Part shown: positions 27,109-40,940 of the stretch, piece after piece
Position numbering within the stretch: position 1 is the stretch's first letter
Layout of the letters: every line of letters starts with the position of its first letter
The notes under the pieces: generated by a model
Told to the model about the DNA's origin: nothing
The model's input: the letters and a program-made list of their open reading frames with translations, nothing else
Database searches by the model: none
Program-made: the position numbers and the translations under genes
Assembly: GCF_001194135.2 (NCBI RefSeq)
Contig: NC_068986.1
Coordinates: forward strand, 111,818,450-111,882,449
Origin: Octopus bimaculoides
Taxonomy: Eukaryota
Reading direction: 5' to 3'
DNA: 64,000 nt

Positions 27109-27660
27109 TAGTTTAAATAGTATAATGAAGGTCTTCTTCGAAAACCCTGAGAAAAACTTAAAACGGGGCTGATACTTAGCATGTCTAACAGACTCATCTA
27201 TCCAAAAACTACAACTCAGATTAGAACCACTTATGAAACAGCAACCTACAGATATCTAAAACAGAAAAAAAACAAAAACATTATCTACCAAAGTATTGAT
27301 GGATAGGGCTTCTCAGCGAAACTTTACAACTTATATCGACACTTGTTTCACATGCATTTGCAAAACATAGAGAGAAACTTTTACGTAAATATATACTTCA
27401 CAACGCAAACAATTTCAAGCACAGCTATACAAACCTACATCCATCGACTCAACGGTGCTGCGCACTAAATCCATTGCGTTCCGATATTACAGCAACAGAA
27501 ACTGAAATAGAATAAGGACGGTTAACAAGGTAGCATCGGAAGAAGGCAGTAGCGATACAAGTACGTGCATACATATACACTTGCGCACAGAGCAGAGGAA
27601 AATAATTGAAACAAAAACAGCAAGACATTCACATATATTCTTAATAAATATGGAATGCAG

Positions 27661-27868
27661 GGCGGCGAGCTGGCAGAAACGTTAGCACGCCGGGCGAAAT
27701 GCTTAGCAGTATTTCGTCTGCCGTTACATTCTGAGTTCAAATCGCACCGAGGTCGAATTTGCCTTTCATCGTTTCGGAGTCGATTAAATAAGTACCAGTT
27801 ACGCACTGGAATCGATGTCCTTGTTGTCCCCTCTATGTTTAGTCCCCTGCGGACAATGAAGAAATAAA
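27661..27868 (+). mobile_element. SINE family A, tail variant 1 (internal deletion relative to 13191)
   Basis: ggcggcgagctggcagaaacgttagcacgccgggcgaaatgcttagc...gtcccctctatgtttagtcccctgcggacaatgaagaaataa. Confidence 0.85.
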
Positions 27869-28594
27869 TGTATATAGGATACACATAGGATAGAAAGTAA
27901 AACGTCAGGCGCACATAAAGCAAGTACTTACGGTTTACTTGGCCAAAAAAGAGAAATAAAAAAAATTATAACGCTATATATTTCGTCATCATCGATTATG
28001 AAAACCATCCTTGAAAGCTAGATTTCTTGCAAAATATAATTAAATTGCAAACTTCACGAAACAATGCCCAATGCGTTAAACAAGATTATTCACCCATCAC
28101 ACACACAGACAACACGTTCATGAAACACAGATAAGAATAATGTAAAATGAGCATTCAGTTAGTCACATACTGACGGTAAGAGAGAGAGAGAGAGAGAGAG
28201 GGACAGAAAAGGGGGGAGAGAGAGTGTGAAGGCAACATCATAAAATGCACTCTTTATCTCATTCTGTATAGTTATCCCATTTACACATTGATTCATCTTC
28301 AAGGGAGTCACTTTATGACGTATTACCACGGATCTTTTGCAGTTACATCTGCCAGAACCGATCAACAAATATCTATCAGAAGTATGTAGAACACACATCA
28401 GAAAAAGACTTATTCTGTGGCTGTAATAATAGTAATGGAATTAAACGTGGTAGCATTGAGATTTAAAAAAAATATTGGGTGATTACATTTAGTCGAATGC
28501 TTACCAAAACCTGGCCATTCGGCCCCGTTGTCTCTGACTTTAGCCATGCAGCATCTTGATTCTGACCTCTCTCTCTCTCTCTATCTCTCTCTCC

Positions 28595-28625
<31 letters not shown>

Positions 28626-28633
28626 TCTCTCTG

Positions 28634-28666
<33 letters not shown>

Positions 28667-29029
28667 CGATCCATCTATCTCTCAAACAAACAAATCATAG
28701 TATTGACGTACAACATATGTAGCTACAGAAATTGATTTCCTACTCGTACAGTTATTGTTCTTGCCAATTGGTTACCGAAACGTTCGTGGGTTGGTAGTTG
28801 TGTCGGTTACATTTCTTTCGGTGTCAGGAGACCGTGGGGATAAGGATGATGTGTAGTATTGTGTTGATGCCAAATTTGTTATTATATTGTTTTTTTCTTA
28901 ATTGTGATCAAATAAATACCCACTGACATGTCCTCAATTGCTTTAGATAAACTGACAGACTCTACAGAGATGTATCGATCGATAGTTGGATAGATAGAGA
29001 GGATGTAACGATCGATCAATAGTTAGGTA

Positions 29030-29032
29030 GAC

Positions 29033-29092
<60 letters not shown>
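29030..29092. repeat. (GATA)n microsatellite
   Basis: Directly visible. Confidence 0.95.
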
Positions 29093-29093
<1 letters not shown>

Positions 29094-30874
29094 CAAGAAA
29101 GTATGCCCAGACAATAAAACAATCCCGGTGAAAATTTCCGTTGTTCTGTGAAATGGAATCCGATTCTTTAGATTCATTCTGTCATAGGATATTGGGAATG
29201 TTTGCCGTCCTCGTAAACATCGGGATTATGCGGAATTATAAATCATCGTTAAATATACTTTCGTTAAACACCCAGTTTTCCTTTTGCAGATTCAGAATAC
29301 TTTTAGATTACACTTTAGTATTCCAAACAATATCAGTAACATCTTTATGACATGACGTATCCGTGTTAGAGATTTGAGACGGTCTTCACTATTGATGTGC
29401 TGACAGAAGTAACTTTATGGGCACGAATGCTTAACTTGTACTTATTTTGTTTATCACAAAGTAATAGAAAACTGGGTTAACCTTGATATGATTAAAATTC
29501 GGAACGTAAATATCTGTAATTAAATGCTTGAATATGTGTTTTCTATTTTCTACGGATTCTCTTAATCGAATACGCTCACAAATACGTGTTATATCATCAC
29601 GGAAGGTAAACAAAAATAAAGTAACAACCAAATGAAAAAGATACTGCATAATATTCTAATATAATTTCGATAATCAAAAGATTCACAAAAATACAGAAAT
29701 AAATATTTAATTAACGTAGGGTGCTTGAAATTCTTCAAACGATCATCAATCTAATATGATTTACTTCAAACAAAATATCGAAAAAGTGCTGAAAGTCAGC
29801 AAAATAATTATGGGTCACATTCACTAAATTAGATTAGCCTATTATTTACTTAACAACTTGACCGAGAAATTAAAGTAAACTTTTTTTTTGTGCGTGTTGG
29901 AAAATGACCACCACTACACCAATAATTAGTATAGAGTTCTTCGATTGAGTGACGACAGTAAGTTTTCTTGGCTGGCAACACATTTGTAGCCATGCTTCAC
30001 ACGTATTTGGTTCCTACAAAGGTCAACACACACTTACCGACCTAATTACCTTACAATTAATATATTTCTAGAGAGCACAGTATTCGAATATTTAAATAGA
30101 GGAAAATTCACCGATTGATATTTTGTGTGAAAAGCAATAGTTTTTTTTTTTTTAAATATATATATATATATATATANNNNNNNNNNNNNNNNNNNNNNNN
30201 NNNNNNNNNNNNNNNNNNNNNNNNNNNNNNNNNNNNNNNNNNNNNNNNNNNNNNNNNNNNNNNNNNNNNNNNNNNNNNNNNNNNNNNNNNNNNNNNNNNN
30301 NNNNNNNNNNNNNNNNNNNNNNNNNNNNNNNNNNNNNNNNNNNNNNNNNNNNNNNNNNNNNNNNNNNNNNNNNNNNNNNNNNNNNNNNNNNNNNNNNNNN
30401 NNNNNNNNNNNNNNNNNNNNNNNNNNNNNNNNNNNNNNNNNNNNNNNNNNNNNNNNNNNNNNNNNNNNNNNNNNNNNNNNNNNNNNNNNNNNNNNNNNNN
30501 NNNNNNNNNNNNNNNNNNNNNNNNNNNNNNNNNNNNNNNNNNNNNNNNNNNNNNNNNNNNNNNNNNNNNNNNNNNNNNNNNNNNNNNNNNNTATATATAC
30601 ATATGTTTACCTCGTTAACGTATCAACTTCGTCTTATGTGTCTTAGCCATGAATAGTCATGCCATGGATTATTATAACACCATAACATTCAAAGTAAGTA
30701 ATTCTGCTGTTACCGTGGAATACTGTAGAAATTATAAACCGCAGTGAATGAATTCTTCTAGAACCACAGTAAATTCAGTTAGTAATTTGCCAATATACCG
30801 GAAGCAAAGAAATATTTAAGGATATTTTCGGTTATTGAGTAAACCATACGTAAGCATTCTTGTACGATTATCTA

Positions 30875-31560
30875 TTAATCCGCCTTCATCTTTGACGACT
30901 GAATCGTTGATATAACTGCACTAAATGGTCCTTATTCACTTTTGATATCACCGAGGCGATGGCAGTATTCAGTGAGACTTTGATATTCTGAGGTTGTCAA
31001 ACACGTTCCTTTTCTGCAAATTTGTAGAAACAGTGACCATAGAATTTAGCTCTGGTTTGTTGTTACTTGATCGTAAAGGGTGTCCTTCTGTTGCGCACTT
31101 CATACTACCAGAGCTAGACACCCGTCTCCAGCCCTACAATATATCTAGCAGTAACAATTCTAAAATCTTGTGCAAAAAATGTGAAGCCGCATAAAGACAC
31201 ACATACAATTCACCACTTATAAAACAATTGCAGCTGCTGGAAAATGAGGTCTTCGACCACCTATCGACATCAGAAAGATCTGAACACAACCGTCATTTTT
31301 GCTCCTAGTCTCTTGGGTGTGGTCGACGTTTTTCTCATCAGAGAAGATCCAAAGCATGCCACGTTCGTCAAGTCTTTTAATTTTGATAAATAACCACTTG
31401 TTGCGGATCAACCAGTTTTTGTGCACCTTTGCAGGTGCGAATTATTTTCTCAGTGCATAAGGCTTGTATCGAATATTATCGTGCACCACATTTTTGATAC
31501 TGCTCTCTCCGATTTCTGACGATCCTTTGCGAAGTCCTTCATTATTTTCTGGTATCACCA
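30875..31560 (-). mobile_element. decayed Tc1/mariner (probably maT/DD37D-like) transposase with internal deletions
   Basis: Minus-strand fragments in the expected order: SIKNVVHDNIRYKPYALRK, MLWIFSDEKNVDHTQETRSKND (first catalytic D in FSDEK), FAQDFRIVTARYIVGLET and SLNTAIASVISKVNKDHL. Subfamily call is from recall. Confidence 0.75.
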
Positions 31561-32109
31561 TTTGCAATTGCGCTGTCTTTATAGAGCCTGAGGGTTTACA
31601 ATGTTATTTCATGCTGATAACCGAACAACTGGTTGTCAGCTGAGGCACTGCTTTGTCTCTTGTTTGAATAATATTATTTGTTTGTTTGTGTGTATATATA
31701 TGTATGTGTATATATCTATATATATATGTGTGTGTGCGCGTGTATGCGTGTGTGTGCGCGTGTGTATGTGTTTGTGTGCGCGTGTGTATTGTATCTATGT
31801 GTGTTTACGTGTGTCTGTGTGAATCTCTATTGATTAGCCAAAAGCGATAAATTACAGGACTAAATCAAAATGTTGAACGTAGGTGTTCTTGTTTCCAATC
31901 GTGTTTTTTTCTTTTGAATATTCAATCTCTGAATGGATTTTCAAATATACAATGCAAGTTTGAAGGAGACGCTTATACTTTTGTTCTTCCGTTTAAACTC
32001 CTTTCTGGACGACGTGGTCATATTATTATAAAGGTCATAAACTCCATAGAATCGAAGTCATGAAATTGTGACCCTTTCTTGATGAAATAGGTGACAGAAA
32101 GAAAATATA

Positions 32110-32511
32110 TACTCTTTCACTTGTTTCAGTCATTTGACTGTGGCCATGCTGGAGCACCGCCTTTCGTCGAGCAAATCGACCCCAAGACTTATTCTATGTA
32201 AGCCTAGTACTTATTCTATCGGTCTCTTAGGCTGAACCGCTAGGTTACGGCGACGTAAACAAACCAGCATCGGCTGTGATGCGATGTTCTTGGGATACAA
32301 ACACAGACACACAAACACATACACACACATACATATATACGACGGCCTTCTTTCAGTTTCCGTCTGCCAAATCCACTCACAAGGCTTTGGTCGGCCCGAG
32401 GCTATAGTAGAAGACACTTGGCCAAGGTTCCACGGAGTGGGACTGATCCCGGAACCATGTGGTTCGTAAGCAAGCTACTTACCACAGAACCACTCCTACG
32501 CCTACGCCACT

Positions 32512-32514
<3 letters not shown>
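32110..32514 (-). mobile_element. tRNA-derived SINE family B, full length, with internal CA/TA microsatellite
   Basis: Reverse complement: ggcgtaggagtggttctgtggtaagtagcttgcttacgaaccacatggttccgggatcagtcccactccgtggaaccttggccaagtgtcttctactatagcctcgggccgacc...ggcggtgctccagcatggccacagtcaaatgactgaaacaagtgaaagagta. Matches the copies at 48.7 and 61.9 kb. Confidence 0.9.
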
Positions 32515-32555
<41 letters not shown>

Positions 32556-33345
32556 TAGATATATATGTATGTACCTATGTAAGTGTGTGTGTTTTCACAT
32601 ATACAGAGATGTGTACACACACATAGACACACACGCACAGGCACACAAGCACACACATAACCATACATATATGTGCATTAAACTTTCTAAATTTCGCAAA
32701 TTCGCATTTGAAATGAATGACCAACATTTCCAACAACGTATATTGCTCCTTTCACCAGAATTACACTTTTTTCTTATCCGTATTTCACACCACTGCGATA
32801 TTTCAAGTGTTTTTTTTGGGGGGGGGGTTTCTAATTTGAAAATGGTTTTATACACTTTAGCGCATTCGTATTTGTTCATTCACTTGTGTTTTGTTATCGT
32901 TTTCATTGATTGTTGTTAAAAGCTTCCATAGACGTTGGTGCCATTTTTTTCTTTTTTGTTTTTGGTTTTTCTTTCGTCATTGGTCGGTTTTTTAAATTGT
33001 ATTATTATTTCTCCTAATTATCATTGACAATTTGTATTACGTTATTTTCCCCGGCTGCTCTCAACTCGCTTCTTGGTACTTTTCATTATGTTTGCATCTT
33101 CTCAATGCCACCGTTGCATTCCGTATCTCTATCTGGTCTCAGTAATTGATATTAAGGTCAGTATTTACAACGAACATCTTTTTTAATGTTAAATTGTGCC
33201 ATTATGTTGTAATCCGTTTATCGGTTTAACCATCCATCTATATCGCGTTTGTTATTCTTTCGACGTCGAATGCATATCCGATGCTACCGAGGCAATTTGT
33301 GGGGGTGCACAGGCAGTATTTCCTGTAACCGTTGTTATCTTTTTC

Positions 33346-34200
33346 TGATTATCCATGTGGTCTGTTTTGATTACTCATGTGGTCTGCTCTGATTACTCAT
33401 GTGGTATGTTGTGATTACTCATGTGGTCGCTTCCTAATTACTCATGTGATCGCTTTGTAATTTTCCATGTGGTCACTTCTTGAGTATCCACGTGGTCACT
33501 TCTTGAGTATCCACGTGGTCACTTCCTGATTACCCGAGTGGTTACTTCCTGATTACCCAAGGGACTACTTCCTGATTACCCAAGGGGTTACTTCCTGATT
33601 ATCCATCTGGTCAGTTCTGATTACTTATGTGATTGCTTCGTGATTTCCCAAGTGGTCACCTTGTGATTATCCCTATGGCCACTTTCTGATTTCCCATATG
33701 GTCACTTCGTGATTACCCATATGGCCACTTTCTGATTTCCCATATGGTCACTTCGTGATTACTCATATGATCACTTCGTGATTACCCATATGGTCACTTC
33801 GTGATTACCAATATGGCCACTTCGTGATTTCCCATATGGTCACTTCGTGATTACACATATGGCCACTTTCTGATTACCCATATGGTCACTTCCTGATGAC
33901 CTATGTGGTCACTTCCTGATAATCCTTGTGGTGACTTACTGATTATCTATATAGTCACTTCTGATTACCTACGTATTCACTTCCTGTTCATCAATGTGGT
34001 CTCTTCCTGATTACCTACGTCGTCACTTCCTAATTCACCATGTGGTCACTTCCTGATTATCCATCTGGTCACTTCCTGATTATCCATCTGGTCACTTCCT
34101 GATTTTCCATGTGGTCACTTTCTGATTACCTACTTCCAAATTAACCATGTGGTCAGTTCCTGATTACCCATGTGGTCAATTCTGATTACCCATGTTGTCT
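33346..34200. repeat. 22-23 bp minisatellite, roughly 37 units, consensus about GATTACCCATGTGGTCACTTCCT
   Basis: Contiguous tandem units with no intervening spacers and locally clustered variants. Confidence 0.95.
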
Positions 34201-36282
34201 CACTACGAATTTTCTGCGCTATTTGGTCTCTGGTCAGTTTCTTCCCTATCTTTACTACATATATTATTCGACTGTATATTTTATTTTCGGTTTCATCATC
34301 TTTTGAGCTAAACTTAATATAAATGTCTGCAACAACATTTTCTTCAATTCTCTCCAGTTAAACATTTTCTTGCATACGTTTCCTCTCGAAACAACAATAG
34401 TTCTCATAAATCAAGGTATTATTTCGTGTAACTTCATTCATCTGTGTTCTCTACAGTCAAAATGCTTGCCACTCTAAGGTACTTTTCTGTTGTTACCTTT
34501 CTCTTTTATTATCCGTTTTTCTCTCAATGTATATTCATTCATACATACGCACCAACTCACACACATATTTATACATGCATATATGATTTTATATANNNNN
34601 NNNNNNNNNNNNNNNNNNNNNNNNNNNNNNNNNNNNNNNNNNNNNNNNNNNNNNNNNNNNNNNNNNNNNNNNNNNNNNNNNNNNNNNNNNNNNNNNNNNN
34701 NNNNNNNNNNNNNNNNNNNNNNNNNNNNNNNNNNNNNNNNNNNNNNNNNNNNNNNNNNNNNNNNNNNNNNNNNNNNNNNNNNNNNNNNNNNNNNNNNNNN
34801 NNNNNNNNNNNNNNNNNNNNNNNNNNNNNNNNNNNNNNNNNNNNNNNNNNNNNNNNNNNNNNNNNNNNNNNNNNNNNNNNNNNNNNNNNNNNNNNNNNNN
34901 NNNNNNNNNNNNNNNNNNNNNNNNNNNNNNNNNNNNNNNNNNNNNNNNNNNNNNNNNNNNNNNNNNNNNNNNNNNNNNNNNNNNNNNNNNNNNNNNNNNN
35001 NNNNNNNNNNNNNNNNNNNNNNNNNNNNNNNNNNNNNNNNNNNNNNNNNNNNNNNNNNNNNNNNNNNNNNNNNNNNNNNNNNNNNNNNNNNNNNNNNNNN
35101 NNNNNNNNNNNNNNNNNNNNNNNNNNNNNNNNNNNNNNNNNNNNNNNNNNNNNNNNNNNNNNNNNNNNNNNNNNNNNNNNNNNNNNNNNNNNNNNNNNNN
35201 NNNNNNNNNNNNNNNNNNNNNNNNNNNNNNNNNNNNNNNNNNNNNNNNNNNNNNNNNNNNNNNNNNNNNNNNNNNNNNNNNNNNNNNNNNNNATATATAT
35301 ATATATATATAGGACCTTAACATTTTCCAGAGTGTATATGTTATAGCGGTATCTGATTCTCATTCTCTAGTCATCTCACTCCTTGTGTCATTATCGGATT
35401 TTAACTATTTCTCCCTTCCCTCAGCCTCCATTTTTCTATGACAGAATGCCTCTTTCATTCCCTCCTCTTTCTCTTTCTCTCTCTCTCTCTATCTATCTAT
35501 AACTCACTCTTTGTTTATCTATCTTTCTCACTTCCTCTCTTTCAACCAATCTAGCTACTGTCACAATCTGAAGATATCGAACACGAATAGTTTCGGCGAG
35601 TGATCCAATTTGTCGTAGCTTGTATTGAACAGTCAAGTGAGATCGATAACAAGAGATAAAACTTATACATATCACATGGGTATGTTCCAGATAGAGGTAA
35701 AATACATCAATAGAATTTGGTGTAATTCGATTAAACTAGGAGCTGATAGAGTAATGCTATTAGCTTTGCTTACTGAAGGTAATTGACGGATAAATAAATT
35801 AACACCACATTCTATTCTTTTCAGAAGAAACTCTCTCATACTCGATTTCTCTCTCTCTCTCTCGCTTTCTCTATCTTCAAATTCACACCGACATCAGTTG
35901 AAGAGGGACGCTGTTTCATTGCAAAACACACACTTCAAGAAACATACATACATGCATACATATACGCATAGATACATACAAACATATATGCATACATATA
36001 CACAAACATATATACAGCGTAGATGGACGGTCACTGGAATTCACAAGTTACACACATACATATATATATACATACACACCCACACATATAGACGCATGTA
36101 TATATAAATACATATATAAATGCATATCTACACATATATACACAGATATATAAACACATTATATGTATATATACTCATATATGTTCACACCCACACTCAC
36201 ACAGACACGTACAAGTATAGGCATCATACACACATATACACAGAAGTATATATAGACATAGATATATAAATATAGATATGTC

Positions 36283-36377
<95 letters not shown>

Positions 36378-36659
36378 GTGTGTGTGTGTGTGTGTTTACA
36401 TATATATATATGTGTATATGTACATAGACACACTCGTGTGTATGTGTGTTAAATCGTATGCATTTATGTGTTCATATTGGTTGTGTTGAGCTTAATACAA
36501 TTATGTTTTAAGCACTTCGTATACTAACACATGTATCTAATTGGTGATTACTATAATGCTATGCTCACTGTTTTGCCTGTGAATCTGCTAAGAAATTTTA
36601 GCGGGAGCATTCGAGAGACCATTTTTTTGTTTTGTATTCCAATGTTAAACAAAGTGAAA

Positions 36660-36672
36660 TGTATGTGTGTGT

Positions 36673-36750
<78 letters not shown>

Positions 36751-36800
36751 CTCTATGGAAGCATGGATGTGTGTGTGTGTGTGTGTGTGTGAGGGTGAAT
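36660..36800. repeat. (TG)n microsatellite
   Basis: Directly visible. Confidence 0.95.
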
Positions 36801-38916
36801 GCGTGTGTATAAAGATCGTGTGCTCTGAGCGTGGGTGTATATAGATCAAGAGAACGCGTGAAAGATGTGAGGATAGAGAGTGCGAAATAGGCAGAGAGTA
36901 AATGATGTAAATTCTATGAACAAAAACAGCGAACTGAAAAAAAAAAGTGTTATCGACTTCTGTACAATTAAGGTTATTAACTGAAATTTAGAACAAAATT
37001 ATTTGAACCCATTCAATTTCTAATCAATATTTTGTTTAACTTTCATTAATTTATTTTGTATAAAATGTTACCGAATGCACACCGACTGAAGAAAATGAAT
37101 GAATAAATAAACATATCTAATTGGCATTAGCTTTTAAAACAATGTTCACGACACACGCATACAGAAAACACATACTTACACACTGATACTCTTGTGTGTG
37201 CTGGCACCTAGTTCCGAATTAACTTTCACGAAGCAACCTCCCCTGTTTAATTTCTCTTAGTCACACTTAGATTTTAATTCAGCTATAGATACTCTAATTG
37301 CTTTTTCAAGCTTGTTACACTGAAACCTATATCTCTTCATATCACGCTGTGCAATCTTAACCAAGCAGAAAACACTTTAGATAATGTAGCCCTGCTTATT
37401 ACAAACAGAGCCTAATGGCCACGGCTAGATTGTCTTTAATTATATCTGTTAACCAGAACACTAACTGAAGGTTAACCAGAACACTAAGACAAAATACACA
37501 CACATGCACATGCACGTGTATGTTCTTGAAATGCCTAATAATGATTGCGTGCATATAAATGTTGCCGCGAAGTCACATCGAAAGACTGCATGAGATAATA
37601 GCAACCGAGTATTGTTATATACAATGAGAGAAAAATATTGACAATTAATTCATCAATTAGCAATATCTTAGTAGGGATTGCATATATATACCTAACGACA
37701 TATTCAATTAAAATATCATTTCACACTATGAGATTGCACAGAATTCGTTCGATGAAATTTCAAATTTATTTCTTCATTCTTTTTTTTTCTTTTGATCAAC
37801 TACTTTTAAGACCAGGAGAGTCACCGTTATCATCATCATCCGAGGAAGCAGCAGTGAGTGCGTTGACGGCATCAGTTGCCATAGCAGGAATGTCGACAGA
37901 AGCAGAATCAGCGGCGGTATTAAAGTACATTTTTGTTTGTGATGGTTTTGCTGGTGGTGATGGGGGTGTTGGTGGTTATGGTACTGGTGGTGGTGGTGAT
38001 GGTGCAGGTGGTGGTGGTGACCTCTTTTGCTAATCGTTTCATGGTTTTGCTGTCGACGTCGTCGTTTTTTCTCTGGTTTTCCATGCTAAATATTCTTGTC
38101 TTCCACAAGAAGCTATAGTAAAATCTAACTTGACGGAAATTATAATGCATAAGGAAAAACACAACATCTGTAATCCTGTGAAACTTAATCAAGATCCCAC
38201 TGCGTTGGAAAATACCACATGACCACGTTGAGTGCCGGCCTTTCTTTGATGAATGGAGGTGCAGAGATGACTATCAAGACGGAATCAACTAACATTCGAC
38301 TACTTCTGGCACGTAAAAGATCCTCATTTGAACTGAACAAGCAATGTACAAACAAACGACTTTTAACAAAGCTGTGTATTAAAATATATATAGTGAATGG
38401 TGTTTGTGTTTTGCGAAATTCTTTGATAGTTTGATAAGTATAGTCTTGTATATGTGGCCGTTAGTTTTAGATGGAAAGTTTTAAACAGATATATACGAGT
38501 AAAAAGTCAAAAGTGTGTGCGTAATTTCTGAGTGCTTAATGAATCTAAACAAAATTGGTCTGAGAAGGAAATAGAACTTCTGTTAAATTCATGGTACTGT
38601 CTAGCCGAAACGGAGAACATAGACACATCAGGCGTACAATTGAAAGCTTCAGAAATCGCCCCGAGAAGCAGATTCAAAACAAACTTAAATTAAAACGGCA
38701 TTTAAATTAATTGATAGACATTGTGAAAAACTCCGTGTTTTCTCTTCAAATACTATTCAACAGCAACCACCACCACCACCACCACAGCAACAACAATAAC
38801 AACAACCATCACCGCGACAACAACAACCAACACAGCAGGAACAACTGACTAAGCCTCAACCTTTAACACTCCTTAATTCTACGACAGTTGATGACCGACT
38901 TAATGAAACGGTCAGT

Positions 38917-39543
38917 TTGTCAGTTTGCAGCTGTTCACAGCCCATTCAACCAGAGTTTGTTACCCACCCATCATATCTTCAACAGCACCAACACTTACAG
39001 AAACAAGAATCACAACAGCAACATCAACAATTACAGCTACAACTACAACATCCACCTCAAAAACAAGAACAAACACAGCTTCAACCTGCTACCATCCCAA
39101 TTTGTGATCAACCAACTAAATGCTTACTTGAAGATCCCTTAATGAATTTGCCAAACACAAATGTCCACAAATTAAAATCTATGCCTCTCACAACCTACAC
39201 ACGAAACCCCAAGATATGTCGCTATTCACTACACAAGAGGCTGTGCACTGAAACTTATAGCAAATTCACTCATTTACCAGGGACTAGACGCTCAGTTCCT
39301 ACTCACAACAGCCGCTACCGTCAAAGTGCACAATCTAAAACAACGTCACTACCAGCGCCGCCACCACATTCACCAACTACTAAATCAAATTTAAAAAAAA
39401 ATAAGCCACTCATTCTACACGAAACCCTAAAATCTGCCGCTATTCTCAGCATAACAGATTATATCCACAGCTTAATTGTCCATCTACCTTTCTCCCGGGG
39501 ACACCTTGTACAAATCAAAAATATAAACGGGACCCCTAACTAA
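38917..39543 (+). pseudogene. probable ORF1 remnant of a LINE (Q-rich region plus degenerate CCCH-like zinc finger)
   Basis: 208 aa ORF directly upstream of an APE domain. KICRYSLHKRLCTETYSKFTHLPGTRR fits C-x8-C-x4-(S)-x3-H with the third Cys lost. Confidence 0.55.
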
Positions 39544-39719
39544 TACAAATCCCACAGTCACAAACATTTTCAGTACTCCAAACAGAACACATTTTTTAGT
39601 CATAATGAATCTGGTAAAAGACCTACAAAAGAACATTCTAGCCATCACACAACGCCACCCTCCACCGCCACCCTATCGCACAATCACCCATTGCTGCCAT
39701 TAACAAGCGAATCACCAAA

Positions 39720-40940
39720 ACAGTGACCATTATCGCCTCAACATTTTTGCTCAATGCACAAGGCATCAGCCCTTCCAACAATGCCCAAAAATGGAAGATC
39801 CAGTTTATTGAGGACTGGGTTAATGACCATCCACACCATATCCCTTTCTTCGTCCTCACAGAGACCCATCTCAATAACCTGCACTTGGAAGCTGAGGTGA
39901 GAGTGAAGGATATTCCCGCCACCCGTACAGATCGGGTCGGAAGAAGGAAGGGAGAAACTGCCATTTTCATGAACGATTCTTTTTGGACTGAAGCAATGGA
40001 CGTATTTACCAATGGCTGCTGAGGAGAAGCTCCGGTATATAGTAAAACCAACAACTGAATAGTAGTTGGGCTCTATATTCCACTCCTCACTCCTTTATTA
40101 CGCTTCAAGGAATCCCTCAATTGTATAAAGGATTTCTTCCATCAGTGTCATTCCGACAACATATCAATGATGGGGGACTTCAACCTTTGCAGTGTTGATT
40201 GGTCCACAAACAGCTTGAAACCAGATTTTTGCACCTCAACTCCTGATAAGGAAGCAATGAAATTGCTTCCTGATTTCATGGATGAGTTTTTCCTGACCCA
40301 GGTTATTCTCGAACCAACAAGGTGTCACAAAAACACCTTGGAGCTAGTGTTCTGTAACCACATTGACGCTATCCACAATATTGCAGTGGAAATATCACAC
40401 ACCACTACTCTCAGACCGGTTCTCTACGATCTGAGTTCTACTTTCCAAAGATTAAACCCAATGACATCTTTCCAGCCCATCAATTTGACACTGTGGAGCT
40501 TCATAACGCAGACTGGGATGCGATCAATCATGATCTTTCGCAAGTTGATTGGGCCTTCACACACGCAAGCCCCCAACAACATAAACACATCATGGAAGAT
40601 ATTTGTAGATCCTGTAACAAATATAGGTGCAAACCATATTTCATTACGATCAGTATACAAATCCCTAGAAATAGAAGAGCAATTATCAGAAAAATAAACC
40701 GAATTAATAAGAAAATCAACCAACTTAAATACTGCCAGTAGCAACACACCCATTCGACTGTCATTGCATTCCTTGAATGTTCTGACGTTTAGTACCGGCA
40801 ACGGAGACTTTACTATCAACCTTAAATGAGAGCCTTTTGTAAAACAGAGTAGCTTTGAAATAATGATTCGAACTGCGTTGGATAATGTCTCCTCCTCGAA
40901 ATTTCCAACATTCCGACGAGGCTAAAATGGATGTTATCAA
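39720..40940 (+). mobile_element. decayed LINE ORF2 5' part (APE endonuclease), truncated before RT; probably CR1/L2 group
   Basis: LLNAQG, FFVLTETHL, RTDRVGRRKGETAIF, MMGDFNL..VDW, LTQVILEPTR..NTLELVFCN and ADWDAIN..LSQVDW are APE and post-APE motifs. Multiple frameshifts. Confidence 0.85.

Noticed and set aside
33346-34200. CRISPR-like appearance of the regular array
   Set aside because: Units are contiguous with no unique spacers, there are no cas genes, and the context is eukaryotic.
37448-37490. Short direct repeats (gttaaccagaacactaa twice; also ttatagaaataaa three times near 15.76 kb)
   Set aside because: Ordinary slippage duplications with no further structure.
37790-38110. His-rich then hydrophobic minus-strand open frame, and Gly-rich plus-strand ORF
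   Set aside because: Explained by a decayed CAC/GGT trinucleotide tract; similar tracts elsewhere in the window are clearly non-coding.
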